Below, one piece after another: positions 8,423-17,581 of a DNA stretch of 64,000 nt. This stretch comes from Candidatus Woesearchaeota archaeon (lineage in GTDB: Archaea > Nanobdellota > Nanobdellia > Pacearchaeales > GW2011-AR1). Each line of letters begins with the position of its first letter. Within the stretch, counting starts at the first letter, position 1. Below the pieces are notes generated by a model. That model did no database searches. It was not told where the DNA came from and was given only the letters and a program-made list of their open reading frames with translations. The translations under genes were made by a program, and so were the position numbers. Where the stretch lies: positions 1 to 64,000 of the forward strand of contig CAZHCL010000002.1 in assembly GCA_964530955.1 (NCBI GenBank). The letters run 5' to 3'.

Positions 8423-9528
8423 CAAAACAACTAAACAAAAATTTACAAACAAGACGGCAACAATTATCAAATGAAAGAAGTAGATTGATAAGGTTAAATG
8501 ATAAAATATGCGAAGATGAACGGATCTGGAAGCGTTTGAATATTCGGAATGTTCAAAAAAGAACATTAGGGCAGTATTTTCAAGGAGATCTAGAAAAAGA
8601 ATTAACTGACTATGTAGATTTTATTTATGATTTTACCATAAATCGCTCAAAAATGGGCACATCAAATGCAGATCGTAATAAGTACGAAAAAATGTATCAA
8701 AATAAAAGTCAACTTGATAGTAAATTACATAAACACACACTGGCATTATTTAGGACAATAAGAAAAGCACCTGAGCCGGACAGACTTATATTGGCTCATG
8801 CGATTGGTCCGGCATTTCATTTTAATCTTGGGTCTAGTATAGACTTGGAATATATTTTCGGAGAAGTAAGATATAGTGACGGGGATATGGTTTTTAATGC
8901 TGAAAAGAGACTAAAAATCCTAAAATTAGATCATCTTGTTGACTGGAGCCCAAAGGGAAATAGTAATTACAGTGCGGGTATTCCACATGATAAAGTCAAG
9001 GAAATTTATCATTCTTGTTCGCACCTATCACGTGAATCAATCGAAACCAAAAGAAAACAACTGCAAGAAAGCAATGTAATATTGGAACAACAGGAAAAAG
9101 AATTAAAAACTGAGTTAAAATATAATGAACTTGCCCAATCTTTAAAAGTCCCCGCTCGAAAACTTAAACAAAGAATGCCTACATTAATGGAAGATTTAGG
9201 GCTTATTGAAAGAGATGTTGGAAGCGGGGTTCAGGAACTGGCTGTTGATCCAGATACGAATACTATTGTTACTATTTCTGATCGCTCAGTAATAGGTAGA
9301 GGTTGCGGTCATGACAAAATTGTTTCTGCATATAGAGATGGTTCAATTACTCGAAGAACATATTCATATAGAGATCCTGACAGCTGGGAGAGAGACAGAC
9401 CAGAATATAGCTTTAACAAAGTAGAAATAGTTCGTGCTGATGACAAAAGCGTAAATGCTAGACTTTCAAGTAACAGTTACACCGAAAATGTAGAATTTAA
9501 TTTTGGCGGAAACGGGAGAGCAAAATAA
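8419..9528 (+). CDS. Hypothetical protein with coiled-coil regions and a beta-rich C-terminal domain
   Basis: 369-aa ORF coupled by ATGA and TAATG overlaps. Confidence 0.7.
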   Translation: MTKQLNKNLQTRRQQLSNERSRLIRLNDKICEDERIWKRLNIRNVQKRTLGQYFQGDLEKELTDYVDFIYDFTINRSKMGTSNADRNKYEKMYQNKSQLDSKLHKHTLALFRTIRKAPEPDRLILAHAIGPAFHFNLGSSIDLEYIFGEVRYSDGDMVFNAEKRLKILKLDHLVDWSPKGNSNYSAGIPHDKVKEIYHSCSHLSRESIETKRKQLQESNVILEQQEKELKTELKYNELAQSLKVPARKLKQRMPTLMEDLGLIERDVGSGVQELAVDPDTNTIVTISDRSVIGRGCGHDKIVSAYRDGSITRRTYSYRDPDSWERDRPEYSFNKVEIVRADDKSVNARLSSNSYTENVEFNFGGNGRAK

Positions 9529-9857
9529 TGGGAAGCTTTGAAGAAGAATATTTCAGATATTCTCCAAAATATGGCTCTAAAATTGCGGACAAGTATATTA
9601 CATATTCAGAGAAAAATCCAATTAAAGAAAATGCAACCTTAGCTGAAAGAATGGAACATATGGGTGGCTTTTGTAAGTTATCTAAGCTAGAACGTCCCGC
9701 TACATTTTTAGAAATCGAACAGAAGAGAGATGAAACTAAAATGGGGCATCTTAGACATTATGCTGCTGCAGCAATTATGATAAGAGGAGAAAGCGTGCCA
9801 GTATCCCCTATACTAAGAGAAAAGATAAAAGCAAGAATGAGAAGGAAGGCCAAATGA
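9528..9857 (+). CDS. Hypothetical protein
   Basis: 109-aa ORF coupled to both neighbours by overlaps. Confidence 0.65.
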   Translation: MGSFEEEYFRYSPKYGSKIADKYITYSEKNPIKENATLAERMEHMGGFCKLSKLERPATFLEIEQKRDETKMGHLRHYAAAAIMIRGESVPVSPILREKIKARMRRKAK

Positions 9858-10981
9858 CCTGCCTTTTTGAGAGAATAGTGGATGGAAGGATGAGGTTCGC
9901 AGAAAGAATAGAAGAAAGAGCAAGGCAGTTATTAACCGGTTATATTGAAAGGGATTTTGAGTCTCTTGTGGCGCAACCACTCCAAAATCCTTCTAAGAAA
10001 CCGTATTTTCAGGAGAAATACAAGAAGATTGAGGGAAATAGATTTTCATGGAATGCTCTTAAAAATATTGAAGATATAGCAGGAGTTTCAACAATTGATC
10101 ATTCCAGTATTTTTGGGTCTTTGAAACAAATATCTGCGTGTGTTGATGGTTATAACGGTCAATTGTTAGAAGCGGCTGCTTCTATTCCTGCCATTTATAT
10201 GGATAAAACTTCTGGTATAGAACCAAATTGTGTTGGAGCCTCGCAAATTATTGCTTCGTTATATTCATTTAAGAAACCCATGAGTAATCTGGAAATGCTT
10301 TTTATCTTATCATCAAGAAGAAGAGATAATCTGTTAAAATATTTAAGAGAATTCGACACGTTACCTACAGAAAGATCAGGTTATCAAGAATATGTCGAAC
10401 TAAAAGTTGATTCATTTAGCGGGCATTTTCCAAAAAAAGAAGCAAGAGACAAATTGCTTGATGCAGCTTTGCAGATAGAAGATACCGGTCATGTTGCAGT
10501 AAGAAAGAAAGGCGGAGAAATCTTTGATTTTGAAATTGAAAGAAATAATTTCAAGAATGTGGAAATCTGTCCAATTCAGGAAGGGATTTGGGCTTCGGCT
10601 GTTTGCAATCTAGTAAGCCTTTACAATTACCTCGGATTTGATTCTGAAAATCAGTGGAAAAAAGTTTCAGGAAAAGTAGAATCAATCAGTTCAGGATTGG
10701 CTGCAATGATTAATTATTCATTAGGCATTGGGAATTTTAACAAATTGCAGACAATATTCGGAGAAGATTTGCCTTCAAGATATTACATGGCTGAGATGGC
10801 AAAACGCAGAACAGACCTTCAATTCAATAGCGCCGCGATTCAACAGATACAAAATACCTATGTCCATACCGAAGCCCTTAAAATCGTTGGAAAAAAGTAT
10901 CTCTCTGAAGAAGACTATTCTATTTTAATTGGTTCTCTGGATTCTAGGATATTTCAATCGCCATTAAGGAGATTAAAATGA
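9854..10981 (+). CDS. Hypothetical protein with a putative transglutaminase/papain-like Cys-His-Asp triad
   Basis: NCVGAS (C126), GHVAV (H213), FDFE (D225). Confidence 0.5.
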   Translation: MTCLFERIVDGRMRFAERIEERARQLLTGYIERDFESLVAQPLQNPSKKPYFQEKYKKIEGNRFSWNALKNIEDIAGVSTIDHSSIFGSLKQISACVDGYNGQLLEAAASIPAIYMDKTSGIEPNCVGASQIIASLYSFKKPMSNLEMLFILSSRRRDNLLKYLREFDTLPTERSGYQEYVELKVDSFSGHFPKKEARDKLLDAALQIEDTGHVAVRKKGGEIFDFEIERNNFKNVEICPIQEGIWASAVCNLVSLYNYLGFDSENQWKKVSGKVESISSGLAAMINYSLGIGNFNKLQTIFGEDLPSRYYMAEMAKRRTDLQFNSAAIQQIQNTYVHTEALKIVGKKYLSEEDYSILIGSLDSRIFQSPLRRLK

Positions 10982-11142
10982 TAAACAAACAGTTCACAAT
11001 CACAAAAAGAATCGCAAAGCATGGAAAGCAAGCCATAATTGTTATTCCTAGACTGATTGAAGAACATCTAAAACCTGGAACGATTGTTGAACTAAAGATT
11101 GAAATCTTACAAGAAACTGAGACCTTGCCTATTCTCTCTTAG
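10978..11142 (+). CDS. Small AbrB-like (DUF2080-type) DNA-binding protein, 54 aa; missing from the ORF track
   Basis: Manual translation MINKQFTITKRIAKHGKQAIIVIPRLIEEHLKPGTIVELKIEILQETETLPILS; ATGA overlap with the previous gene. Confidence 0.75.
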   Translation: MINKQFTITKRIAKHGKQAIIVIPRLIEEHLKPGTIVELKIEILQETETLPILS

Positions 11143-11630
11143 AGCGCCCAAACATTCAGTGAAGGAAGAATGCCAAATATGACCAAGAGTATTATAAAGA
11201 ACAAATCTTTCAAGATTCTTGATTTTAGTTTATCCTTGCTTTCCACCACTTCAAATGCAGAATAAGTTATTGCCATTAATATGTTTAGGCTGAAAAAAAT
11301 CATTCCGATTTTAACGCTGACAAGGGTTGATAGCAATATTCCAACTACACTTAAAAGAAAACTATATCCTATTGTAAAAGTTATGTATCCAAACTTATCC
11401 CACATTTTAGGTCTCCTAGTATAAGCGAGCTTTGTTCTTGCAAAAACGGAACTTAAAAAGAAAGGAATAGCTATGCTCAATTCTGTTGCCAAAAGAAAAT
11501 TACTTTGAAGAATCTTAGAATTTATAGCAATGATAAATGTAAAAAGTGAGAAACATGTTCCCAAAAAAGAAAGATTTATTTTACTTCTTTCACTCGATTT
11601 ACTCTTCCTTATATCTTCCTCTTTAAGCAT
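11139..11630 (-). CDS. Multi-pass membrane protein, function unknown
   Basis: About five hydrophobic helices. Confidence 0.65.
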   Translation of the reverse strand: MLKEEDIRKSKSSERSKINLSFLGTCFSLFTFIIAINSKILQSNFLLATELSIAIPFFLSSVFARTKLAYTRRPKMWDKFGYITFTIGYSFLLSVVGILLSTLVSVKIGMIFFSLNILMAITYSAFEVVESKDKLKSRILKDLFFIILLVIFGILPSLNVWAL

Positions 11631-11668
11631 AATAATATATAGATTTTAGGTTTATATTCCTTTTGAGA

Positions 11669-12163
11669 TTAAACACGTCTCCCACGCTTGCCACCCTTCT
11701 TCTTAGGACCGCCACGCGCAACTCTTGTTGTTTCAAGAATATTAATTACTCTAAATCCGCTCTTGCTTAAGCTCTTTATTGCTGCATGAGCTCCAGAACC
11801 AAGACCAATACTTCCTGTCTTCGCTCTCATTCTAACATAAAGCGCATTAATTCCGAGGTCCTTTGCTCTTTCAGCTGCCTTTTTAGCAACGAACATTGCA
11901 ACAGTGGCGTCTGCTTTCAATCTTGAATGTTTAGTTACCATTCCACCAGTTACCCTTGCAAGAGTATTTCCAGCCAAGTCAGTAATATGCACCATTGTAT
12001 TGTTAGAAGAACTATAAATGTAAGCGATTCCTGCTCTCTCTTCTTTTTTCTCTTTAACTTCTTCCTCTTTAGCAGGTTCAACAACTTTTTCAGATTCTTT
12101 TGCAACAACCTTCTCTTCCTGTTTAACTTCAGCTACTGCTTCGGTCTTTATTTTCTCTACCAT
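11669..12163 (-). CDS. rps11: 30S ribosomal protein S11 with acidic N-terminal extension
   Basis: IAYIYSSSNNTMVHITDLAG...TRVARGGPKKKGGKRGRRV. Confidence 0.95.
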   Translation of the reverse strand: MVEKIKTEAVAEVKQEEKVVAKESEKVVEPAKEEEVKEKKEERAGIAYIYSSSNNTMVHITDLAGNTLARVTGGMVTKHSRLKADATVAMFVAKKAAERAKDLGINALYVRMRAKTGSIGLGSGAHAAIKSLSKSGFRVINILETTRVARGGPKKKGGKRGRRV

Positions 12164-12164
12164 T

Positions 12165-12680
12165 TTACTTCGCTACCTCCGCAGGAACAGCAATAGGTTC
12201 AGCAGCAACTTCTGCCTTAGGCTTCTTAACCTTTGCTTTAACTCTTAGTGAAATCGAATTCTCCTCCGCAACCGGAACGATGTAGCTTGGGCTGTTAACA
12301 ACGTTATTATTTATAAGAACATTTTTATGAGCTACAAACTGTCTTGCCTGCTGAGGTGTCTTTGCAAGTCCTTTCCTAAATAATATGTAAGGCAATCTTC
12401 TTTCAAGGAAGTTTTCAATCTTAAGAGCAAGTACATCTGCAATTGAATCAACTTTTATTCCTAGAGAAGTTAATTTACCAAAAAGAATCTTCTGCTCTTC
12501 CATAGATGCTTTTGCAAGATCTTTAGCTCTTGACCTGTAATAATCGACCTTAGCATCGACTTTCCAAACTTCTCTCTTACTCTTCAAAGCATATTTTTTC
12601 TTGAGATTATTTTCCTCTTCAATTCTGACCTTCTCATACATTTTCTTAGGTCTTACATAAAGTTTCTTTTTCCTTATCAT
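12165..12680 (-). CDS. rps4: 30S ribosomal protein S4
   Basis: KYALKSKREVWK, FLERRL, ARQFVAHKNV, NSPSYIV. Confidence 0.95.
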   Translation of the reverse strand: MIRKKKLYVRPKKMYEKVRIEEENNLKKKYALKSKREVWKVDAKVDYYRSRAKDLAKASMEEQKILFGKLTSLGIKVDSIADVLALKIENFLERRLPYILFRKGLAKTPQQARQFVAHKNVLINNNVVNSPSYIVPVAEENSISLRVKAKVKKPKAEVAAEPIAVPAEVAK

Positions 12681-13213
12681 TTCTTAGTGCGCTTTACCCC
12701 CATCGCTACTCCCTTCTTTCTGAAGTGTGACCTTGTTCTCTGTCCTCTTACTGGAAGCTTCAAAGCATGTCTCAATCCACGATAACTCTTTATCTCTCTA
12801 AGTCTCTTAATATCAAATTCTTTCTTTATATCAAGGTCAGAGCCAAGATAATGTTTTGTCTCTCCCGTTTCAACATCAGAGCGCCTATTCTTAAGAAAAT
12901 CAGCTACATTAAGATTGTGAAAAAACTTTTCTATTTCCTGTATCTCTGGCTTTGAAAGATCAGAGATTTTCTTTGATTTTGGCATGTTAAGTTTTATGCA
13001 AGCAGCATTTGAAATAGACCATGAAATTCCTTTTATTCTTGTTAATCCAGTAATTAGATTCTTTGAACCAGGTATGTCATATCCCAAAATTCTTATAAGA
13101 AATTCTCCCTTGTCTTCCTGCTGATAAGCTGCTTTCTTTTCTGCCTTTGCTAATACACTCTCAGGCTTTTTCTTATCCTGTTTCTCCTTGTTATCTTGTT
13201 TCTTTTCTGCCAT
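12677..13213 (-). CDS. rps13: 30S ribosomal protein S13
   Basis: LTRIKGISW, DIKRLREIKSYRGLRHALKLPVRGQRTRSHFR. Confidence 0.96.
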   Translation of the reverse strand: MAEKKQDNKEKQDKKKPESVLAKAEKKAAYQQEDKGEFLIRILGYDIPGSKNLITGLTRIKGISWSISNAACIKLNMPKSKKISDLSKPEIQEIEKFFHNLNVADFLKNRRSDVETGETKHYLGSDLDIKKEFDIKRLREIKSYRGLRHALKLPVRGQRTRSHFRKKGVAMGVKRTKK

Positions 13214-13214
13214 T

Positions 13215-13757
13215 TTATTTTACAAAAAGATAAAACCTCTGCCTTTCAGTCAATTCCTCCAAAAGCCTTTTCTCAATCGCTTTCTTCGGATCCGGCATGT
13301 TCTTTACCCTTTCCTTTATGTCATCAAAAGACGAGAATTCTTTTTCTTCCCGCGCCTTTAATACCTCTTCAGTGTGCTTCTTTCCAAAACCTGGAAGCAG
13401 TTCGAGTTGATGCATTCTGGTATTTATTGCCTGAGCGTGGTTGAAGAAATCTAAAAATTTCTTTTCCTGCTCCGCAACCACCATCTCGATATGTTCCTGT
13501 AGTTGGATCTTCGCAGCTTCAGTAAGCTTTTCTTTCGAAAGCCTTCCTGCAATGAAGTATATCTTATCTCTCTTATCTGGGCCTATATAAACTTTTTCTT
13601 TTACAGCAAGATTTATTCCCCTTCTTGGAACAAGCTCAAGAAGAGAAAGACTCTTCTCTCCGATAGCCTGTGCTATAGGAGTCATCCTTCCACCAGCTAC
13701 AGGATAGCCGTAAGGCAAGTAATCTAGTATTATTGCATAATCTTCTTTTTCGGTCAT
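13215..13757 (-). CDS. DUF655 family putative RNA-binding protein
   Basis: AIILDYLPYG, AQAIGE..LLEL, INTRMHQLELLPGFGKK HhH motif; usual position after rpoF. Confidence 0.88.
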   Translation of the reverse strand: MTEKEDYAIILDYLPYGYPVAGGRMTPIAQAIGEKSLSLLELVPRRGINLAVKEKVYIGPDKRDKIYFIAGRLSKEKLTEAAKIQLQEHIEMVVAEQEKKFLDFFNHAQAINTRMHQLELLPGFGKKHTEEVLKAREEKEFSSFDDIKERVKNMPDPKKAIEKRLLEELTERQRFYLFVK

Positions 13758-13759
13758 GT

Positions 13760-14056
13760 TCAGTATTTTTTGACAATCGCAAGTATAGAATTTGATTCCT
13801 CGTCAGTCAATCCGACATCAAGGAAAATCTTGTTTAAGTCCTCGGAGTCCTTAGGAACAAAATCAATTATTTTAACAATAGTTTCTTCCTTTATCTTTGG
13901 ATTATTGAGGGCTTTTATCTCTTCAGTACACTTCTCAGTATCATCCTTAGAAATCTTTGCAAATGCTTTTATGTAATCTTCCATGACCTTATTGTCAACA
14001 TCTTTTACATAATCCTTGACTTGACCAAGAGTTACTGGAGTTTTACTTATTATCAT
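13760..14056 (-). CDS. rpo4: RNA polymerase subunit Rpo4 (RpoF), short form
   Basis: IISKTPVTLGQVK...IVKIIDFVPKDSEDL..I; synteny rpl21e-rpoF-DUF655. Confidence 0.8.
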   Translation of the reverse strand: MIISKTPVTLGQVKDYVKDVDNKVMEDYIKAFAKISKDDTEKCTEEIKALNNPKIKEETIVKIIDFVPKDSEDLNKIFLDVGLTDEESNSILAIVKKY

Positions 14057-14313
14057 GCTTTTACCTCTATCTTTTTCAAATGTATCGGTTTAATTGAATA
14101 TCTCTTGGCTTTTCCCAAATCAGCAATCTCAACATAATAGCTGTTTCCTCTCTTTGCAAGAACTTTTCCAGTTCTTCCCTGCAATCTGTGAGAATATTGG
14201 AAAGGAACACTATGCTCTTTAGCGACGGCTACAGAGTCTCCTACCTTAAACTGCTGAAAATATCTTGTAAAAGAAAATTTTCCTTTCTGCCTTGGATTCT
14301 TGTGACTAAGCAT
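14053..14313 (-). CDS. rpl21e: 50S ribosomal protein L21e
   Basis: FKVGDSV, RLQGRTGKVLAKRGNSYYVEI, PIHLK. Confidence 0.93.
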   Translation of the reverse strand: MLSHKNPRQKGKFSFTRYFQQFKVGDSVAVAKEHSVPFQYSHRLQGRTGKVLAKRGNSYYVEIADLGKAKRYSIKPIHLKKIEVKA

Positions 14314-14363
14314 GGATATACCTCATAAAAGTAGTTTAAAAAGCTTTTCCTTAGAAAAAGTGT

Positions 14364-14540
14364 CTAAGCTCCTGAAACAGAACCTTGAAACAAATCGCCC
14401 GACTGCCTGGATTTTTCCATGCTTTCTACTATAGCATTGAACATTTTTTCTCCCCAAACACCAACTCCACACCTTTTGCAGAAGTCAATAACTGAATCCT
14501 GAGAAATTTCAGTCTTACAATAAATACATTGTTTTGCCAT
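14364..14540 (-). CDS. Small zinc-finger protein, 58 aa (CxxC...CxxC); missing from the ORF track
   Basis: Manual translation MAKQCIYCKTEISQDSVIDFCKRCGVGVWGEKMFNAIVESMEKSRQSGDLFQGSVSGA; GAGGT SD upstream. Confidence 0.75.
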   Translation of the reverse strand: MAKQCIYCKTEISQDSVIDFCKRCGVGVWGEKMFNAIVESMEKSRQSGDLFQGSVSGA

Positions 14541-14616
14541 TTTACCTCTTTTATTAATTTATTCTTTTAGTTGCAAGAATAAGTATTTAAATATTCTTAT
14601 TCTTTACAACAATTGT

Positions 14617-14841
14617 ATGGTTAAAATAAAAATAGAAAGAAAAGGCTATTTCTGGTCAGGAATAGCTATTTTAGCCTTGCTAATTCTAACCTATATTGTA
14701 AAATTTCCAGCAGATGCAGGCAGCAATTTCATTACCTATGATTCTTTACTCGGAATTATCATTTTTCATAACCCCTTCATTCTTGCAGTTTACCTGATAA
14801 TAGCAATAAAATTAATTATGAATGGCTTGAAAAAGAAATGA
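14617..14841 (+). CDS. Small 2-TM membrane protein
   Basis: Two hydrophobic helices. Confidence 0.65.
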   Translation: MVKIKIERKGYFWSGIAILALLILTYIVKFPADAGSNFITYDSLLGIIIFHNPFILAVYLIIAIKLIMNGLKKK

Positions 14842-14887
14842 AAACAAAATTCACAAGCTTTAAATAATCTAAAAATCTGCAAAACCA

Positions 14888-15691
14888 ATGACTGAAGAAA
14901 CTCCCAAAAGTGAATCAATAACTATTAAGAAAGAGAGTCTCTGGAAATATTCTACGTTTATACTTGTTGCAATACTGATTGTTGGAGCATTTATTTTCTT
15001 CAGAAGCGGAACTACAAGCGGAAATGCAGTTAATACTGGAAACACTGCAGGAAATGCTGCTGCGGGAGCAGCGACAGGGCCTGTAGATGTAAGCGCCTTC
15101 ACAGGTAATTCTGATATATTCCCATCCATAGGACCAGCAAATGCACCAGCAACGGTTATTGAGTTTGCAGACTTCCAATGCCCCTACTGCGCTCTAGCTT
15201 CAGGGCAAGCAACCTGGGCAAGCCAATATAGTCAATATTCTGATTTAATTAATGCTGGAGGAAAAGCAGAAAAATTGGCTCAAGCAGGCAAGATAAAATT
15301 CATATTCGTTACAATGAACTTCCTTGACCAAGGAAAAATAGGCGAGTCAAACTGGGCTGCAGAAGCAGCTTATTGCGCAAATGACCAAGGTAAATTCTGG
15401 GAAATGCATGATGCTATTTACAAAGCAAGCGACGGACCAAGTGAGGATAATGGCAAGTATGCCAAGGCAAAATTGGAAACAATCGCACAAAGTATTTCAG
15501 GATTAGACCAGACTAAGTTCAAGAGTTGCCTTGAAAGCGATGCAGACCTAAGCAAGGTTCAGCAATCTCAGCAGGCAGCAAGTGCAGTCGTACAGGGAAC
15601 ACCAACCTTCTTCGTAAATGGCCAGCAGGTCAATGCAGGATGGTCCACAATATCTGCAGCATTACAAAGTGCTGGTGTAAGTACAAATTAA
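14888..15691 (+). CDS. Membrane-anchored DsbA/thioredoxin-fold oxidoreductase
   Basis: N-terminal TM helix, IEFADFQCPYC, AAEAAYCANDQGKFWEMHD, GTPTFFVNG. Confidence 0.9.
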   Translation: MTEETPKSESITIKKESLWKYSTFILVAILIVGAFIFFRSGTTSGNAVNTGNTAGNAAAGAATGPVDVSAFTGNSDIFPSIGPANAPATVIEFADFQCPYCALASGQATWASQYSQYSDLINAGGKAEKLAQAGKIKFIFVTMNFLDQGKIGESNWAAEAAYCANDQGKFWEMHDAIYKASDGPSEDNGKYAKAKLETIAQSISGLDQTKFKSCLESDADLSKVQQSQQAASAVVQGTPTFFVNGQQVNAGWSTISAALQSAGVSTN

Positions 15692-15696
15692 AAGAA

Positions 15697-16278
15697 TTAA
15701 ATTTTATCCTTATTTTTTATAAATCTAATAAGCTCTTTACTTATGAGTGGTTTTCCATTTACTAAATTATATCTATAAGGCAACTGTGTAGACTGTATTT
15801 TATCAATTTTAATTTCGACATTATCCTGAAATTTTAATTCACCAAGTTTCTTTCCAGATAATATCCTCTTAACAGTATAAACTGCATTATCCGTGCTCAT
15901 TTGCTCCTTTCCTATATCGAATCTCTTTACATCAGGCAAGAACTTTGACAGCTCATCCTTTGTCCTTTTTTTAGGAGGATAATCGCCCAAAATCCCGCCA
16001 AAAATAAAGTAATCATATTTGGAAGAATTACTAGGACTTAGAGTCTCATCTGCCTCAGGGTCAAGTATGCAAGAATTACTCAAGCCCATATCTCTAACAG
16101 ATTCCAAAAAGACTTTCCCTAACCCTACAAGCTTTTTCCTATCCTTTTCTTTTATATTGGTAAACCAAAGATTCTTTTTTCCAACAATCTTAGAAATATG
16201 CTTGTATTCAATTAAGCACCAAGGCCATAACTCTGGTTCAAGATGCTCTATAACATATATCCTGTTCTTAACTTGCAT
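15697..16278 (-). CDS. SPOUT-class SAM-dependent methyltransferase (Sfm1-like)
   Basis: YVIEHLEP, CILDP.A...L, FIFGGILGDYPP..RT, QMSTDNAV, LPYRY. Confidence 0.75.
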   Translation of the reverse strand: MQVKNRIYVIEHLEPELWPWCLIEYKHISKIVGKKNLWFTNIKEKDRKKLVGLGKVFLESVRDMGLSNSCILDPEADETLSPSNSSKYDYFIFGGILGDYPPKKRTKDELSKFLPDVKRFDIGKEQMSTDNAVYTVKRILSGKKLGELKFQDNVEIKIDKIQSTQLPYRYNLVNGKPLISKELIRFIKNKDKI

Positions 16279-16314
16279 ATAAATTAAAGAAAAAGTTATT
16301 TTATAAATCCGTTG

Positions 16315-16563
16315 CTAGACCTTTGTCTGAGATTCAGCAGGAGAAGGCTCTTCCAAATCCTTTTCATCAACTGAATTTATTGCTGCCTTGAATATCTTGA
16401 ATTTATCAGAAGGTATTCGCAGTCCAGACTTTGTAAACCCTGTATATCTCTCAGATTTAACAAATTCCCTTATGGTCAGACCCCTATGACCTCCAAAGTC
16501 ATCAATCCTTATTACTATATCCGTATCAGCACTTTTCTCTATCCTGTCTATGTCTTTCTCCAT
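16315..16563 (-). CDS. PC4/Sub1-like ssDNA-binding protein
   Basis: IVIRIDDFGG.RGLTIREF...FTKSGLRIP pattern. Confidence 0.7.
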   Translation of the reverse strand: MEKDIDRIEKSADTDIVIRIDDFGGHRGLTIREFVKSERYTGFTKSGLRIPSDKFKIFKAAINSVDEKDLEEPSPAESQTKV

Positions 16564-16641
16564 TAAATAATAAGGACGTCAAATTATATAAATATATCCA
16601 AATATCAAGGTAAAGGATATAAACGACCATATCTTGCAAAA

Positions 16642-17580
16642 ATGATGAAATCAATAAAAATAGGTAATATTAAACTAAAAAATAAACTTTTCCTAGCTCC
16701 AATGGTTGACGTGACTGACTTGGCTTATCGTTTAATATGCAGGAAAGCAGGAGCAGGCATGGCCTATACGGAAATGCTCTATGTAGATGCAATAACCCAT
16801 GAAAATGAGAAAACTCAAAAGCTAATGAAGACTTCCAAAGAAGACAAACCAGTTGGAATCCAAGTAACAGGGAATAATGTCTCTGAATTTGAAAAAGCAA
16901 TTAAAATGAAAGTCTTTGAAAAATATAATCTAGTTGATATTAACTGTGGATGCCCTAGCATAAGAATAACTGGAAATCAAGCAGGCTCTTTCTTACTAAA
17001 AAATCCTGATAAAATTTCAGGGATGATTAAAACACTTAAGAATTCAGGTTATACCACAACTGCAAAAATAAGACTTGGATTCGAAAACAATAACGTTATG
17101 AAAGTTGCAAAGAGTATTGAAAAAGCAGGAGCAGATGCATTAACAATTCATGCAAGGCTCGCAACACAAGGAACAGGCACAAAGGCAGACTGGAAGTGGA
17201 TTCAGGAAGCAAAAAAAGAAATTGGAATTCCAGTAATTGGAAATGGAGATATTTTTTCTGGCAAAGATACAGAAAGAATGCTTGAAATTGCTGATGGAGC
17301 CATGATTGCAAGAGCAGCCATTGGAGACCCGCACATTTTTGAAAGAATTTCATTCTATCTTAAAACTGGAAAAGAAAGAGAAAGAAATTTCAAAAAGAAT
17401 ATTGATTATTTCAAAAAATACCTCTACCTAGCAAAAAAACATGACATTATAGATATTCCAAGAATAAAATATCTCGGAACAAATTTCCTGAGAAATAAAG
17501 AAGGCGCCGCAAAACTAAGAAATGAATTAATGCAAAAAAAGGATTTCAATGAAATTCAGGATTTCATTAGGAATATTTAG
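16642..17580 (+). CDS. dus: tRNA-dihydrouridine synthase
   Basis: LAPMVDVTD, DINCGCP, TAKIRLG, LTIHAR, PVIGNGDI, MIARAAIGDP. Confidence 0.92.
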   Translation: MMKSIKIGNIKLKNKLFLAPMVDVTDLAYRLICRKAGAGMAYTEMLYVDAITHENEKTQKLMKTSKEDKPVGIQVTGNNVSEFEKAIKMKVFEKYNLVDINCGCPSIRITGNQAGSFLLKNPDKISGMIKTLKNSGYTTTAKIRLGFENNNVMKVAKSIEKAGADALTIHARLATQGTGTKADWKWIQEAKKEIGIPVIGNGDIFSGKDTERMLEIADGAMIARAAIGDPHIFERISFYLKTGKERERNFKKNIDYFKKYLYLAKKHDIIDIPRIKYLGTNFLRNKEGAAKLRNELMQKKDFNEIQDFIRNI

Positions 17581-17581
17581 A

